The notes: generated by a model not told the origin, from the sequence alone. A stretch of 64,000 nucleotides of DNA from Eledone cirrhosa (GCA_964016885.1 OZ024761.1:7006001-7070000); one strand, 5' to 3'; positions 49,504-57,869 are shown, numbered from the stretch's first letter. Numbers and translations: made by a program.

Positions 49504-52500
49504 GTCTACCATGGTGTCTCTCTCTCCTGTCTACCATGGTGTCTCTCTCTCCTGTCTACCATGGTGTCTCTCTCTCCTGTCTACCATGGTGTCTCTCTCT
49601 CCTGTCTACCATGGTGTCTCTCTCTCCTGTCTACCATGGTGTCTCTCTCTCTCTCTCTCCTGTCTACCATGGTGTCTCTCTCTCTCTCCTGTCTACCATG
49701 GTGTCTCTCTCTCCTGTCTACCATGGTGTCTCTCTCTCCTGTCTACCATGGTGTCTCTCTCTCCTGTCTACCATGGTGTCTCTCTCTCCTGTCTACCATG
49801 GTGTCTCTCTCTCCTGTCTACCATGGTGTCTCTCTCCCCTGTCTACCATGGTGTCTCTCTCTCTCCTGTCTACCATGGTGTCTCTCTCTCTCCTGTCTAC
49901 CATGGTGTCTCTCTCTCTCCTGTCTACCATGGTGTCTCTCTCTCTCCTGTCTACCATGGTCTCTCTCTCTCTCCTGTCTACCATGGTGTCTCTCTCTCCT
50001 GTCTACCATGGTGTCTCTCCTGTCTACCATGGTGTCTCTCTCTCTCTCTCCTGTCTACCATAGTGTGTGTCTCTCTCTCTCTCTCTCTCCTGTCTACCAT
50101 GGTGTCTCTCTCTCCTGTCTACCATGGTGTCTCTCTCTCCTGTCTACCATGGTGTCTCTCTCTCCTGTCTACCATGGTGTCTCTCCTGTCTACCATGGTG
50201 TCTCTCTCTCCTGTCTACCATGGTGTCTCTCTCTCCTGTCTCTCTCTCCTGTCTACCATGGTGTCTCTCTCTCTCCTGTCTACCATGGTGTCTCTCTCTC
50301 CTGTCTACCATGGTGACTCTCTCTCCTGTCTACCATGGTGTCTCTCTCTCCTGTCTACCATGGTGTCTCTCTCTCCTGTCTACCATGGTGTCTCTCTCTC
50401 CTGTCTACCATGGTGTCTCTCTCTCCTGTCTACCATGGTGTCTCTCTCTCCTGTCTACCATGGTGTCTCTCCTGTCTACCATGGTGTCTCTCTCTCCTGT
50501 CTACCATGGTGTCTCTCTCTCTCTCTCTCCTGTCTACCATGGTGTCTCTCTCTCCTGTCTACCATGGTGTCTCTCTCCTGTCTACCATGGTGTCTCTCTC
50601 TCCTGTCTACCATGGTGTCTCTCTCTCCTGTCTACCATGGTGTCTCTCTCTCCTGTCTACCATGGTGTCTCTCTCTCCTGTCTACCATGGTGTCTCTCTC
50701 TCTCCTGTCTACCATGGTGTCTCTCTCTCTCCTGTCTACCATGGTGTCTCTCTCTCTCCTGTCTACCATGGTGTCTCTCTCTCTCCTGTCTACCATGGTG
50801 TCTCTCTCTCTCCTGTCTACCATGGTGTCTCTCTCTCTCCTGTCTACCATGGTGTCTCTCTCTCTCCTGTCTACCATGGTGTCTCTCTCTCCTGTCTACC
50901 ATGGTGTCTCTCTCTCCTGTCTACCATGGTGTCTCTCTCTCCTGTCTACCATGGTGTCTCTCTCTCTCTCCTGTCTACCATGGTGTCTCTCTCTCTCTCC
51001 TGTCTACCATGGTGTCTCTCTCTCTCTCTCCTGTCTACCATGGTGTCTCTCTCTCTCTCCTGTCTACCATGGTGTCTCTCTCTCTCTCTCCTGTCTACCA
51101 TGGTGTCTCTCTCTCTCTCCTGTCTACCATGGTGTCTCTCTCTCTCCTGTCTACCATGGTGTCTCTCTCTCTCTCCTGTCTACTATGGTGTCTCTCTCTC
51201 TCCTGTCTACCATGGTGTCTCTCTCTCTCTCTCCTGTCTACCATGGTGTCTCTCTCTCTCTCTCCTGTCTACCATGGTGTCTCTCTCTCTCTCCTGTCTA
51301 CCATGGTGTCTCTCTCTCTCTCCTGTCTACCATGGTGTCTCTCTCTCCTGTCTACCATGGTGTCTCTCTCTCCTGTCTACCATGGTGTCTCTCTCTCTCC
51401 TGTCTACCATGGTGTCTCTCTCTCTCCTGTCTACCATGGTGTCTCTCTCTCTCCTGTCTACCATGGTGTCTCTCTCTCTCTCTCTCCTGTCTACCATGGT
51501 GTCTCTCTCTCTCTCTCTCCTGTCTACCATGGTGTCTCTCTCTCTCTCTCTCCTGTCTACCATGGTGTCTCTCTCTCTCTCTCTCTCCTGTCTACCATGG
51601 TGTCTCTCTCTCTCTCTCTCCTGTCTACCATGGTGTCTCTCTCTCTCTCTCTCCTGTCTACCATGGTGTCTCTCTCTCTCTCTCTCCTGTCTACCATGGT
51701 GTCTCTCTCTCTCTCCTGTCTACCATGGTGTCTCTCTCTCTCCTGTCTACCATGGTGTCTCTCTCTCTCCTGTCTACCATGGTGTCTCTCTCTCTCCTGT
51801 CTACCATGGTGTCTCTCTCTCTCCTGTCTACCATGGTGTCTCTCTCTCTCTCCTGTCTACCATGGTGTCTCTCTCTCTCTCCTGTCTACCATGGTGTCTC
51901 TCTCTCTCTCCTGTCTACCATGGTGTCCCTCTCTCCTGTCTACCATGGTGTCTCCCTCTCTCCTGTCTACTATGGTGTCTCTCTCTCTCCTGTCTACCAT
52001 GGTGACTCTCTCTCCTGTCTACCATGGTGACTCTCTCTCCTGTCTACCATGGTGTCTCTCTCTCTCCTGTCTACCATGGTCTCTCTCTCTCTCTCTCCTG
52101 TCTACCATGGTGTCTCTCTCTCTCTCCTGTCTACCATGGTGTCTCTCTCTCTCTCTCCTGTCTACCATGGTGTCTCTCTCTCTCTCTCCTGTCTACCATG
52201 GTGTCTCTCTCTCTCTCCTGTCTACCATGGTGTCTCTCTCTCTCTCCTGTCTACCATGGTGTCTCTCTCTCTCCTGTCTACCATGGTGTCTCTCTCTCTC
52301 TCCTGTCTACCATGGTCTCTCTCTCTCTCTCCTGTCTACCATGGTGTCTCTCTCTCTCTCTCCTGTCTACCATGGTGTCTCTCTCTCTCTCTCTCTCCTG
52401 TCTACCATGGTGTCTCTCTCTCTCCTGTCTACCATGGTGTCTCTCTCTCTCCTGTCTACCATGGTGTCTCTCTCTCTCTCTCCTGTCTACCATGGTCTCT

Positions 52501-53570
52501 CTCTCTCTCCTGTCTACCATGGTCTCTCTCTCTCTCCTGTCTACCATGGTGTCTCTCTCTCTCTCTCCTGTCTACCATAGTGTCTCTCTCTCTCTCTCCT
52601 GTCTACCATGGTGTCTCTCTCTCTCTCTCCTGTCTACCATGGTCTCTCTCTCTCTCCTGTCTACCATAGTGTCTCTCTCTCTCTCTCTCCTGTCTACCAT
52701 GGTGTCTCTCTCTCTCTCTCCTGTCTACCATGTGTGAGTCTGTCTACTATAGTCTGTGCATGTGTCCACCATGGTGTTTATCTACCATGGTGTGTGTGTG
52801 TTTGCTGCTCTCCCACTCTCCCCTTTCACTAATACCACCACTCCCCCCTTTCACTAATACCACTACTCGCTCCTCTCACTACTACCACTACTCTCCTCCT
52901 CCTCTCACTACTACCACTACTCTCCTCCTCCTCTCACTACTACCACTACTCTCCCCCTCTCACTACTACCACTACTCTCCCCCTCCTCTCACTACTACCA
53001 CCACTCTCACTACTACCACTACTCCCCCCTCCTCTCACTACTACCACTACTCCCCCCTCCTCTCACTACTACCACTACCCCTTCCTCTCACTACTACCAC
53101 TACTCTCCCCCTCCTCTCATTACAGAGCTGAATGTTACTGGGTTGGGAAGTCATCGTTCCGAAGATGGAGGAAGTTGATGGCTGAGAAGCTGGAGGAAGC
53201 TAAGAGATATAATTCTGACACTGCTGCTGCTGCTGCTGTTGCTGCTGAAAACAATGATGGTGGTGCTGGTGGTGATGATGAAGACGACGACGAGGAGGAT
53301 GATGATGATGACAGTAGCTCAAAAGGAGGTAGCTCTCACACCCTTCTATTGTCATCTCCCCCTCCTCACTTATTTCCAGATATTTCAGGTCTCTATGGTC
53401 ACATTGAATTGTTGCTTAGCTCCCTCCCTCCCTCCCTCCTGTCTTCCTCCAGTTGCAACGTTTTTTTAAATATTCACTTCTGCATTCACAGATTGACTTT
53501 GTTAGTTTCAGAAGATCCCGTTAAGGGTGAAAGCAGCGATTCTTTGCTTAAACTTTAATCTGTTATTTTA

Positions 53571-53602
<32 letters not shown>

Positions 53603-54233
53603 GCTGCATGGTAGTTAGACATGGGCAGCAACTGCAGAGGATATGCGACTGCTGGAGAGAAATGAGGCAAGCATGCTCCGTTGGATGTGCAGTGTCAATG
53701 TGCGTGAACGGCCCAGCATAAATGTGTTGAGAGAGAAACTGTGTCTGAGAGGGATAGAATGTAGTGTACGGGAGAGGAGACTGAGGTGGTATGGACATGT
53801 GATGCGCATGGAGGATGACCGATGGGTGAAGAAGTGCCAGGAAATGCCAGTTGAAGGAAGACGTGGTAGAGGTAGACCACGAAAAACATGGGCGGAGGTG
53901 GTGAGAACAGACCTCAGATCATTGAAGCTCACGGTGGAGATGACGAAGGACCATGACAAGTGGAGAGATGCTGTGCTGAATAAGACCCGTCCCACCCTTG
54001 CAAGCAGGGAAGAACGGACGTAAAATGATGATGATGATGATGATGATATATATATCCAGTGGGTGTAACTAGGAGTTACATTTTCTTATAGCATTTTAAG
54101 AGCGTCCGTCGAGCCGCCGATTATTGAGTCGGGTAGGATCGATATAGATCGAACCTTGAGCTGATCAGTGGCAAAACGTGCGTCACCTATCAATAAATGC
54201 AATGAAGGAGTAATCAATCGTCCTTGTTATCCT

Positions 54234-54286
<53 letters not shown>

Positions 54287-54502
54287 ATATTAACAAAATA
54301 GATATTCTTGTGATCAAGTATATTTTATTATACATATTTCAGAGGTACTGAGTTAAGTTCAACAGTACGTCCTCATCAGATAAAATAAGATGATGCATGA
54401 CATACCCTGACATAGTAGATGGTTAAGATTCAGTCATGGTAGTGCTTCCAATCTATTGTAAAACTCATTCTTTGATTTATTCATTGAACCTTGTTTATCT
54501 TT

Positions 54503-54570
<68 letters not shown>

Positions 54571-55108
54571 TAATAAATGGAAACTATATTTACAAAACCA
54601 TAATTATTTTATTATATATATTTCAAGGGCAACCAAGACAAATTATGGTGCGCAGATAAAATACAGATTTGTTTTATAAATAAATATTGACATGGAGGCA
54701 CATGGCTTAGTGGTTAGAGCATTGGGCTTGCAATCGTAAGGTTGTGAGTTCAATTCTCAGACCGGGGTGATGTGTTGTTTCCTTGAGCAAGACACTTTAT
54801 TTCACATTGCTCCAGTTTACTCAGCTGTAGAAATGAGATGATAGGACTGGGGTCCATATCATTCCACTGCAAAGTGGTCGTGGAGGTGCCACAGAAAAAA
54901 AAGCACCCAGCACTCACTGTAAATGAGGTTGGTGTTAGGAAGCGCAACCAGCTGTAGAAATCAAGCCAGAATCAGTTCCCGTCCCACCCTTGCAAGCAGG
55001 GAAAAGCGGACGTAAAATGATGATGATGATGATGATACCCGGAAAAAAGCAACCTTAATGGTTGAAGTTTGCTGGATAGTTGAATCCCAACAAATTAAAT
55101 ATAACCTC

Positions 55109-55178
<70 letters not shown>

Positions 55179-57845
55179 TGTTGGATGCTTAAAGCGTCCG
55201 TATGCGGCAGGCCGTATAAGCACTCGATGCTCTCATAGAGCAGAGTATGATATCACAGAAAAAAAGAGAATCAGTGGTGCGACGAATGGAATTTATTGGA
55301 CATATTACAATCATTTCTCTGGCAACCAGCTCGAGGCACGATTGATGTGATGATCGAACCTGACTCTGAAAATCGCAAGGTCCTCAGATTTGGAAAACAA
55401 TGACATGATTATTTTTGAATAAATTAGTGGTTTATTTCGCTCGTGAGTTTTTGAATTAAAGGGCGTGTTAATTTTTTATAAATTTGATCGTTCAAGTAAA
55501 CGTTGCGCGTAAATGCCGATTGTTTTTTTCGTAATTTCCAATCATTTAGCGAATTTGTAATTTTCAGTTTCGTAGTGTCGTTTTTTCGGTATATGAACCC
55601 CCTCCCCCGAAAATAAGCTGTAGTGGTACATTTCCTCATTCGTAAAATCGTAAATATCTTCCATGATGTTTTTATGGCTTTTTTCATGCTTTTTAACACT
55701 AAATTATTAATAACAATAATATACCATATTTGCTGGCCTATATTTAACGTTATATATTGACATAGGCATTTATATGGACCACGTCCAATATTCACGGTTT
55801 TTCACTCTTTGCGGGGTTTACATTCCTAGAGCACCCGCGACAACGGGTACAACTGTATATATTAAATCTCCCCCTATTTGTCCATTAGGTGGTGACTGTC
55901 CATCCGACAATTCCAATAAATGGTCTGAAGAAACAGGTTTCAACAATGACCTTCTCTGTAACACACACAGTAAGTTACTCTGCTGCTGCTTCTTCTTCTT
56001 CTTGCTATTGTCAAAACTAGCATGTGTCTGTGTGATATGCATATGTGTTGTTTTTGTATATGTATGGCTGTTACCTGGGTGACGAAATCAGCAGTGGTGG
56101 AGGGTGTTCTGAAAGTACAGTAGCCAGAGTCAGAACGGGATGGAAAAAGTTCAGAGAGCTTATACCACTTATGGCGACTAAAGGTTTCTCTCTAAAAATG
56201 AAAGGCAGATTGTATGATGCCTGTATACGAACAGCAATGCTACATGGCAGTGGGACATGGGCATTACGTGCAGAGGACTTGCGTAGACTGGAAAGGAACG
56301 AAGCATGCATGCTCCGTTGGATGTGTAATAGTAATATACGTGAACGGCAAAGCATAAATGAACTAAGTGAGAAATTAGGAATAAGAGGGATCAGATGCTG
56401 TTTACTTGGGAGAAGACTACATTGGTATGGCCATGTGATGCACATGAAAGACGACAGCTGTATAAAAAAGTGCAGGGCGATCAAAATTTATGGTGGTTAC
56501 GGAGTAGGTAGACCCAGAAAAATCTGGGACGATCTGATAAATTCCGACCTTACACACTTGCACCTCTCTGAGACAATGTCATTGGACCGAGATCTTTGGT
56601 GCTACGCAGTAATACAGAAGACCCGCCTTGCCTATGTACAAAGCGAAACCTACAGTCAGTAGGCACCTCTTAACCAAATATACACCCCTGTCCCACTACC
56701 CCTACCCTATCCTCCCACTCCCACAAACACCACCCTCTCTCTGTAAAGTTGGTACCACAACATCCAGTCCAAATAAATGAGATAATGAGATCGAGATCGT
56801 GTAGGTGTCACGAGAAAAAAATACAGTCCACGCTGTAATGTGGTCATGTAGGTAACACGGTAAAAAGTTCCCAGTTCCACACTGTAAATGTGGTTGGTGT
56901 TAGGAAGGGCATCCAGCCGTAGAAAACCTGCCAGACAGTCCTATATGAGCGAGACACGGTCACCCGACCAACCTTGCCTCAAGTGGGACAACTCCCGTCT
57001 AACCCATGCTAGCGTGGAAAATGGACGTTAAATGAAGATGATGATGGTGGAAAATTTGGCAAAGTCGTTAGAACGTTGGATAGAATGCTTTAAGGTATTT
57101 GTTCTGGTTCTCTGAGTTCAAATCCCGCCGAGGTCAAGTTTGCCTTTCATCCTATCGAGGTCTATAAAAAAGTACCAGTCTAGTACTGGGGTCGATTCTT
57201 GCTCTCTCTGGAAGCAATCTGCAGTAGTGAGGCCTGGAGAGGGATAGGCTCCACCAGATGCAAAATGCCTGAAAAACTCTCTATGTCAATACGGTGCCTT
57301 ACAACCCCATCAGGGGTTACGGGACCATACCATATCATATACAATGTATGGCGGTGAATTTGACAAAGTTGTCAGAAAGTCGGATAAAATGCTTTATGGT
57401 ATCCATTTTGGCCCTCTGCTCCCTGAGTTCAAATCCCGCTGAGGTCAACTTTGCTTTTCATCCTTTTGAGGTCGATATCTCTCTCTGGAAGAAATCTGCT
57501 ATATTCAGGCCTGGAGAGGAGACGGGATGCGCCAGGTTTAAAAAATCTCAATATTGCCCTACAACGGTCACCCGACCAACCTTGCCTCAAGTGGGATAAC
57601 TCCCGTCTAACCCATGCTAGCGTGGAAGATAGACGTTAACGAAGAAGATGATGAACTCCCTCAGTTGTTACGGGACAATGCATATACAATGTTTGTATCG
57701 TATTTTTAACTCAATTCCAGGGTCTCTCAATCCAGAAGTTAGCTGTCGTCGGTTGGTGCCACAAGATGTCTGGGAAATTCTCCGTTCCTATTTTCCAAAA
57801 TGTCCTGAATTCCAGCGTGATGTTCCTGTTTGTGCCAAATGTGTG
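5044..57845 (+). CDS. USP48: USP48-like ubiquitin carboxyl-terminal hydrolase, partial multi-exon gene (15 exons in window; start and stop outside)
   Basis: Exons join in frame with consistent phases and GT-AG ends. Motifs: (QQ)[82 protein letters not shown], then USP48-type DUSP-region motifs ([47 protein letters not shown]). Orthology is recognised from memory of the vertebrate protein, not from a search. Confidence 0.92.
5270..6490 (+). mobile_element. Decayed RTE LINE 3' part (subfamily B), interrupted by a SINE
   Basis: [31 protein letters not shown]...LGIRGIRC remnants. Confidence 0.88.
5872..6180 (-). mobile_element. tRNA/CORE-type SINE with RTE tail
   Basis: Reverse complement of 54694-55035. 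Confidence 0.88.
6799..6907 (+). CDS. USP48: USP48 exon (109 nt, phase 2->0) [21 protein letters not shown]...EFLQ
   Basis: tttcag|CTGTAG ... TTACAG|gtgagt. Confidence 0.93.
6977..9162. mobile_element. piggyBac-type MITE with internal 72-bp tandem expansion (about 6985-8648) and nested SINE
   Basis: TTAA|CCCTTTAACATT ... AATGCTAAAGGG|TTAA; 24-aa periodicity of spurious ORFs corresponds to a 72-bp unit. Confidence 0.88.
8650..8978 (+). mobile_element. Full-length tRNA-headed CORE-type SINE with RTE-derived 3' part
   Basis: Pol III A box TGGCTTAGTGG, B box GAGTTCAATCC, CORE-like ccttgagcaaggcacttt...cagtttactcagctgtagaaatggg, (GAT)n tail, possible TSD atact. Confidence 0.88.
9692..9875 (+). 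mobile_element. SINE family 2 (tRNA-like head; gcctttcatccttacggggtcgataaaataaagtacc central domain). Other copies at about 10030-10150, 14700-14845, 23305-23465, 25790-25980, 25988-26180, 30505-30690(-), 30806-30995, 46710-46850, 46865-47085, 57045-57200, 57348-57475
   Basis: B box GAGTTCAAATCC; more than 10 dispersed copies; central domain resembles the Meta/Sauria-SINE domain from memory. Confidence 0.82.
10182..10450 (-). mobile_element. RTE reverse-transcriptase fragment
   Basis: [10 protein letters not shown]...[13 protein letters not shown]...KLGVEEW. Confidence 0.88.
10535..10668 (+). CDS. USP48: USP48 exon (134 nt, phase 0->2) [15 protein letters not shown]...RFVFDK
   Basis: ggcag|GAAGAG ... 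GACAA|gtatgt. Confidence 0.93.
10782..10986. mobile_element. piggyBac-type MITE (about 205 bp)
   Basis: TTAA|CCCTTTAGCATTCA ... TGAACACTAAAGGG|TTAA. Confidence 0.88.
11508..11712. mobile_element. piggyBac-type MITE (about 205 bp)
   Basis: TTAA|CCCTTTAGCATTT ... AAATGCTAAAGGG|TTAA. Confidence 0.9.
11741..14335. repeat. 48-bp minisatellite (gtgtgatctattgatctagagggctatactggtaggagtctaactctt), about 54 units
   Basis: Direct periodicity; 16-aa repeat in spurious ORFs. Confidence 0.97.
14435..14659. mobile_element. Second piggyBac-type MITE family
   Basis: TTAA|CCCATTCATGACC ... GGGAACGAAAGGG|TTAA, imperfect TIRs. Confidence 0.6.
15294..15376 (+). CDS. USP48: USP48 exon (83 nt, phase 2->1) [27 protein letters not shown]
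   Basis: ttcag|ACAAAAT ... TTCTG|gtagga; not in the ORF track, found by reading; FPEVLDM is the USP FPxxLDM motif. Confidence 0.9.
15672..15948 (+). mobile_element. 5'-truncated tRNA/CORE-type SINE in (TA)n
   Basis: Matches 54720-55035. Confidence 0.88.
15966..19274 (-). mobile_element. Near-full-length RTE-clade LINE: about 190-nt 5'UTR, single ORF 19082->15996 (APE endonuclease, RT, PHD-type finger), (GAT)n tail
   Basis: [33 protein letters not shown] (APE); [30 protein letters not shown] (RT); the two listed ORFs are in one frame separated by a single TAG at 17214-17216. Confidence 0.96.
21477..22379. mobile_element. piggyBac-type MITE with 72/69-bp internal tandem expansion
   Basis: TTAA|CCCTTTAGCATTT ... 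AATGCTAAAGGG|TTAA; same unit as the 6985-8648 array. Confidence 0.9.
22930..23124 (+). CDS. USP48: USP48 exon (195 nt, phase 1->1), His box GHYIAHI and WYKFNDE
   Basis: aacag|ATGGCT ... GCAAG|gtgagc; catalytic His and Asn/Asp motifs. Confidence 0.93.
24048..25765 (+). repeat. 46-bp minisatellite (acaacaaaagacacccaccatactgtaaagtggttgtgtaggtgtc), about 34 units, ending in an RTE-type SINE tail
   Basis: Direct periodicity; 25610-25765 continues as aaagcacccagtactcactgtaaatgaggttgg...aactatgatgatga. Confidence 0.93.
26483..26596 (+). CDS. USP48: USP48 exon (114 nt, phase 1->1) ...[17 protein letters not shown]
   Basis: ttctag|AAAGTA ... GGCTG|gtaaat; AYMLVY ends the USP domain. Confidence 0.9.
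26620..27805. repeat. About 29-32-bp minisatellite (taggatatcagggtgttggtggt[tgt]ggtctg)
   Basis: Direct periodicity, starting about 25 nt after a splice donor. Confidence 0.93.
27916..28650. repeat. 26-bp minisatellite (aaaacatgggaaggttttatgttgta)
   Basis: Direct periodicity. Confidence 0.93.
28879..28997 (+). CDS. USP48: USP48 exon (119 nt, phase 1->0) [39 protein letters not shown]
   Basis: tgccag|CCAATA ... ATGAGG|gtgaga; supplies the phase change needed between neighbouring exons; not in ORF track. Confidence 0.88.
29452..30737 (+). mobile_element. Internally deleted piggyBac transposon with transposase N-terminal remnant (about 29721-30330) and nested SINE
   Basis: TTAA|CCCTTTAGTGTTCA ... 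TGAATGCTAAAGGG|TTAA; acidic N-terminus, [24 protein letters not shown], then frameshifted [15 protein letters not shown] / [29 protein letters not shown], typical of PGBD4-like transposases. Confidence 0.88.
31020..33445 (+). mobile_element. Decayed RTE LINE (subfamily B), multiple frameshifts and stops
   Basis: [53 protein letters not shown] remnants. Confidence 0.93.
33795..36470 (-). mobile_element. Decayed 5'-truncated RTE LINE (subfamily A) with internal insertion
   Basis: ORFs 35554-36492, 35103-35489 and 33806-34366 are collinear with the 15966-19274 element; YANDL in place of YADDL. Confidence 0.94.
34640..35133. mobile_element. Probable solo LTR (494 bp) nested in the RTE
   Basis: Interrupts RTE collinearity; CTAC duplicated at 34636-34639 and 35134-35137; ends TTTAGAAG...CTTGCTACA (decayed TGTAG...CTACA). 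Confidence 0.55.
36526..36601 (+). CDS. USP48: USP48 exon (76 nt, phase 0->1) [25 protein letters not shown]
   Basis: pyrimidine tract+ttcag|GACCAA ... AAGGGA|gtaagt. Confidence 0.88.
37170..38205 (+). mobile_element. Decayed RTE LINE 3' part, interrupted by a MITE
   Basis: [29 protein letters not shown]; [10 protein letters not shown]... Confidence 0.88.
37289..37503. mobile_element. piggyBac-type MITE, opposite orientation to 10782 and 11508
   Basis: TTAA|CCCTTT ... AATGCTAAAGGG|TTAA. Confidence 0.88.
38612..38654 (+). ncRNA. Candidate type I minimal hammerhead ribozyme
   Basis: ACGTTG CTGACGA T AGCT aata AGCT T GAAA CTAG TA^ CATCGT: full core, helix II, palindromic CTAG helix III, GUA cleavage triplet, helix I with 5 of 6 pairs. 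Confidence 0.6.
40968..41125 (+). mobile_element. Short RTE 3' fragment
   Basis: [18 protein letters not shown]...[10 protein letters not shown]. Confidence 0.85.
41365..43272. repeat. About 17-bp AT-rich minisatellite (tctagtgtatatatatt / tctaatgtatatatatt)
   Basis: Direct periodicity, ending about 30 nt before a splice acceptor. Confidence 0.95.
43304..43415 (+). CDS. USP48: USP48 exon (112 nt, phase 1->2) [36 protein letters not shown]
   Basis: caacag|ATGTTC ... AGCAG|gtattt; DUSP-like WLxxW and IxN..LC.H. Confidence 0.9.
43450..43820. repeat. (TC)n/(TCTG)n microsatellite
   Basis: Direct reading. Confidence 0.95.
44015..44282 (+). mobile_element. Fragment of a different RTE-group LINE
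   Basis: [18 protein letters not shown]...[13 protein letters not shown]...RRLRLAGH; a plausible 3' end of a similar element with (GAT)n tail lies at about 47090-47246. Confidence 0.8.
44319..45493. repeat. 60/58-bp tandem array derived from the piggyBac MITE end (reverse orientation), with a 536-bp higher-order repeat
   Basis: Reverse complement of the 72-bp unit minus 12 bp; identical ORF translations offset by 536 (44436 vs 44972). Confidence 0.92.
46615..46663 (+). CDS. USP48: USP48 exon (49 nt, phase 2->0) [16 protein letters not shown]
   Basis: cctgcag|GTTAAA ... GAAGGT|gtgagt. Confidence 0.85.
47459..47505 (+). CDS. USP48: USP48 exon (47 nt, phase 0->2) [15 protein letters not shown]
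   Basis: ttgcag|GCTGCT ... CTTGG|gtaagt; GGPRL motif. Confidence 0.88.
47900..48241 (+). mobile_element. Full-length tRNA/CORE-type SINE with RTE tail
   Basis: A and B boxes, CORE-like body, (GAT)n tail. Confidence 0.9.
49314..49430 (+). CDS. USP48: USP48 exon (117 nt, phase 2->2) [38 protein letters not shown]
   Basis: gtacag|GGAGGA ... GACTC|gtaagt. Confidence 0.88.
49440..52790. repeat. Minisatellite cctgtctaccatggtgt + variable (CT)n, about 3.3 kb
   Basis: Direct reading; starts 9 nt after a splice donor. Confidence 0.96.
52860..53120. repeat. About 27-bp C-rich repeat (ctcctctcactactaccactactctcc) up to the acceptor
   Basis: Direct reading. Confidence 0.85.
53126..53328 (+). CDS. USP48: USP48 exon (203 nt, phase 2->1) [17 protein letters not shown]... 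with poly-Ala and acidic tract
   Basis: ttacag|AGCTGA ... AGGAG|gtagct; the donor is weak but its phase fits the next exon. Confidence 0.82.
53601..54046 (+). mobile_element. Young 5'-truncated RTE copy in (TA)n
   Basis: Protein nearly identical to the C-terminus of ORF 15996-17168; (GAT)n tail. Confidence 0.94.
54321..54387 (-). ncRNA. Candidate type I hammerhead ribozyme
   Basis: Minus strand: TATTTTAT CTGATGA GGACGTACTG ttgaacttaact CAGTACCTCT GAAA TATGTA TA^ ATAAAATA; 8-bp helix I, helix II with 9 of 10 pairs, self-complementary helix III. Confidence 0.7.
54694..55035 (+). mobile_element. Full-length tRNA/CORE-type SINE with RTE tail
   Basis: A box TGGCTTAGTGG, B box GAGTTCAATTC, tail cccacccttgcaagcagggaaaagcggacgtaaaatgatgatgat identical to the RTE 3' end. 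Confidence 0.92.
55889..55969 (+). CDS. USP48: USP48 exon (81 nt, phase 1->1) [26 protein letters not shown]
   Basis: cattag|GTGGTG ... CACACA|gtaagt. Confidence 0.85.
56070..56690 (+). mobile_element. RTE LINE 3' part (subfamily B)
   Basis: [30 protein letters not shown]...RRLHWYGHV. Confidence 0.92.
57721..57845 (+). CDS. USP48: USP48 exon (125 nt, phase 1->0) [41 protein letters not shown]
   Basis: ttccag|GGTCTC ... TGTGTG|gtaaga. Confidence 0.92.
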
Positions 57846-57869
57846 GTAAGAATTTCACATTTTCTTCAA

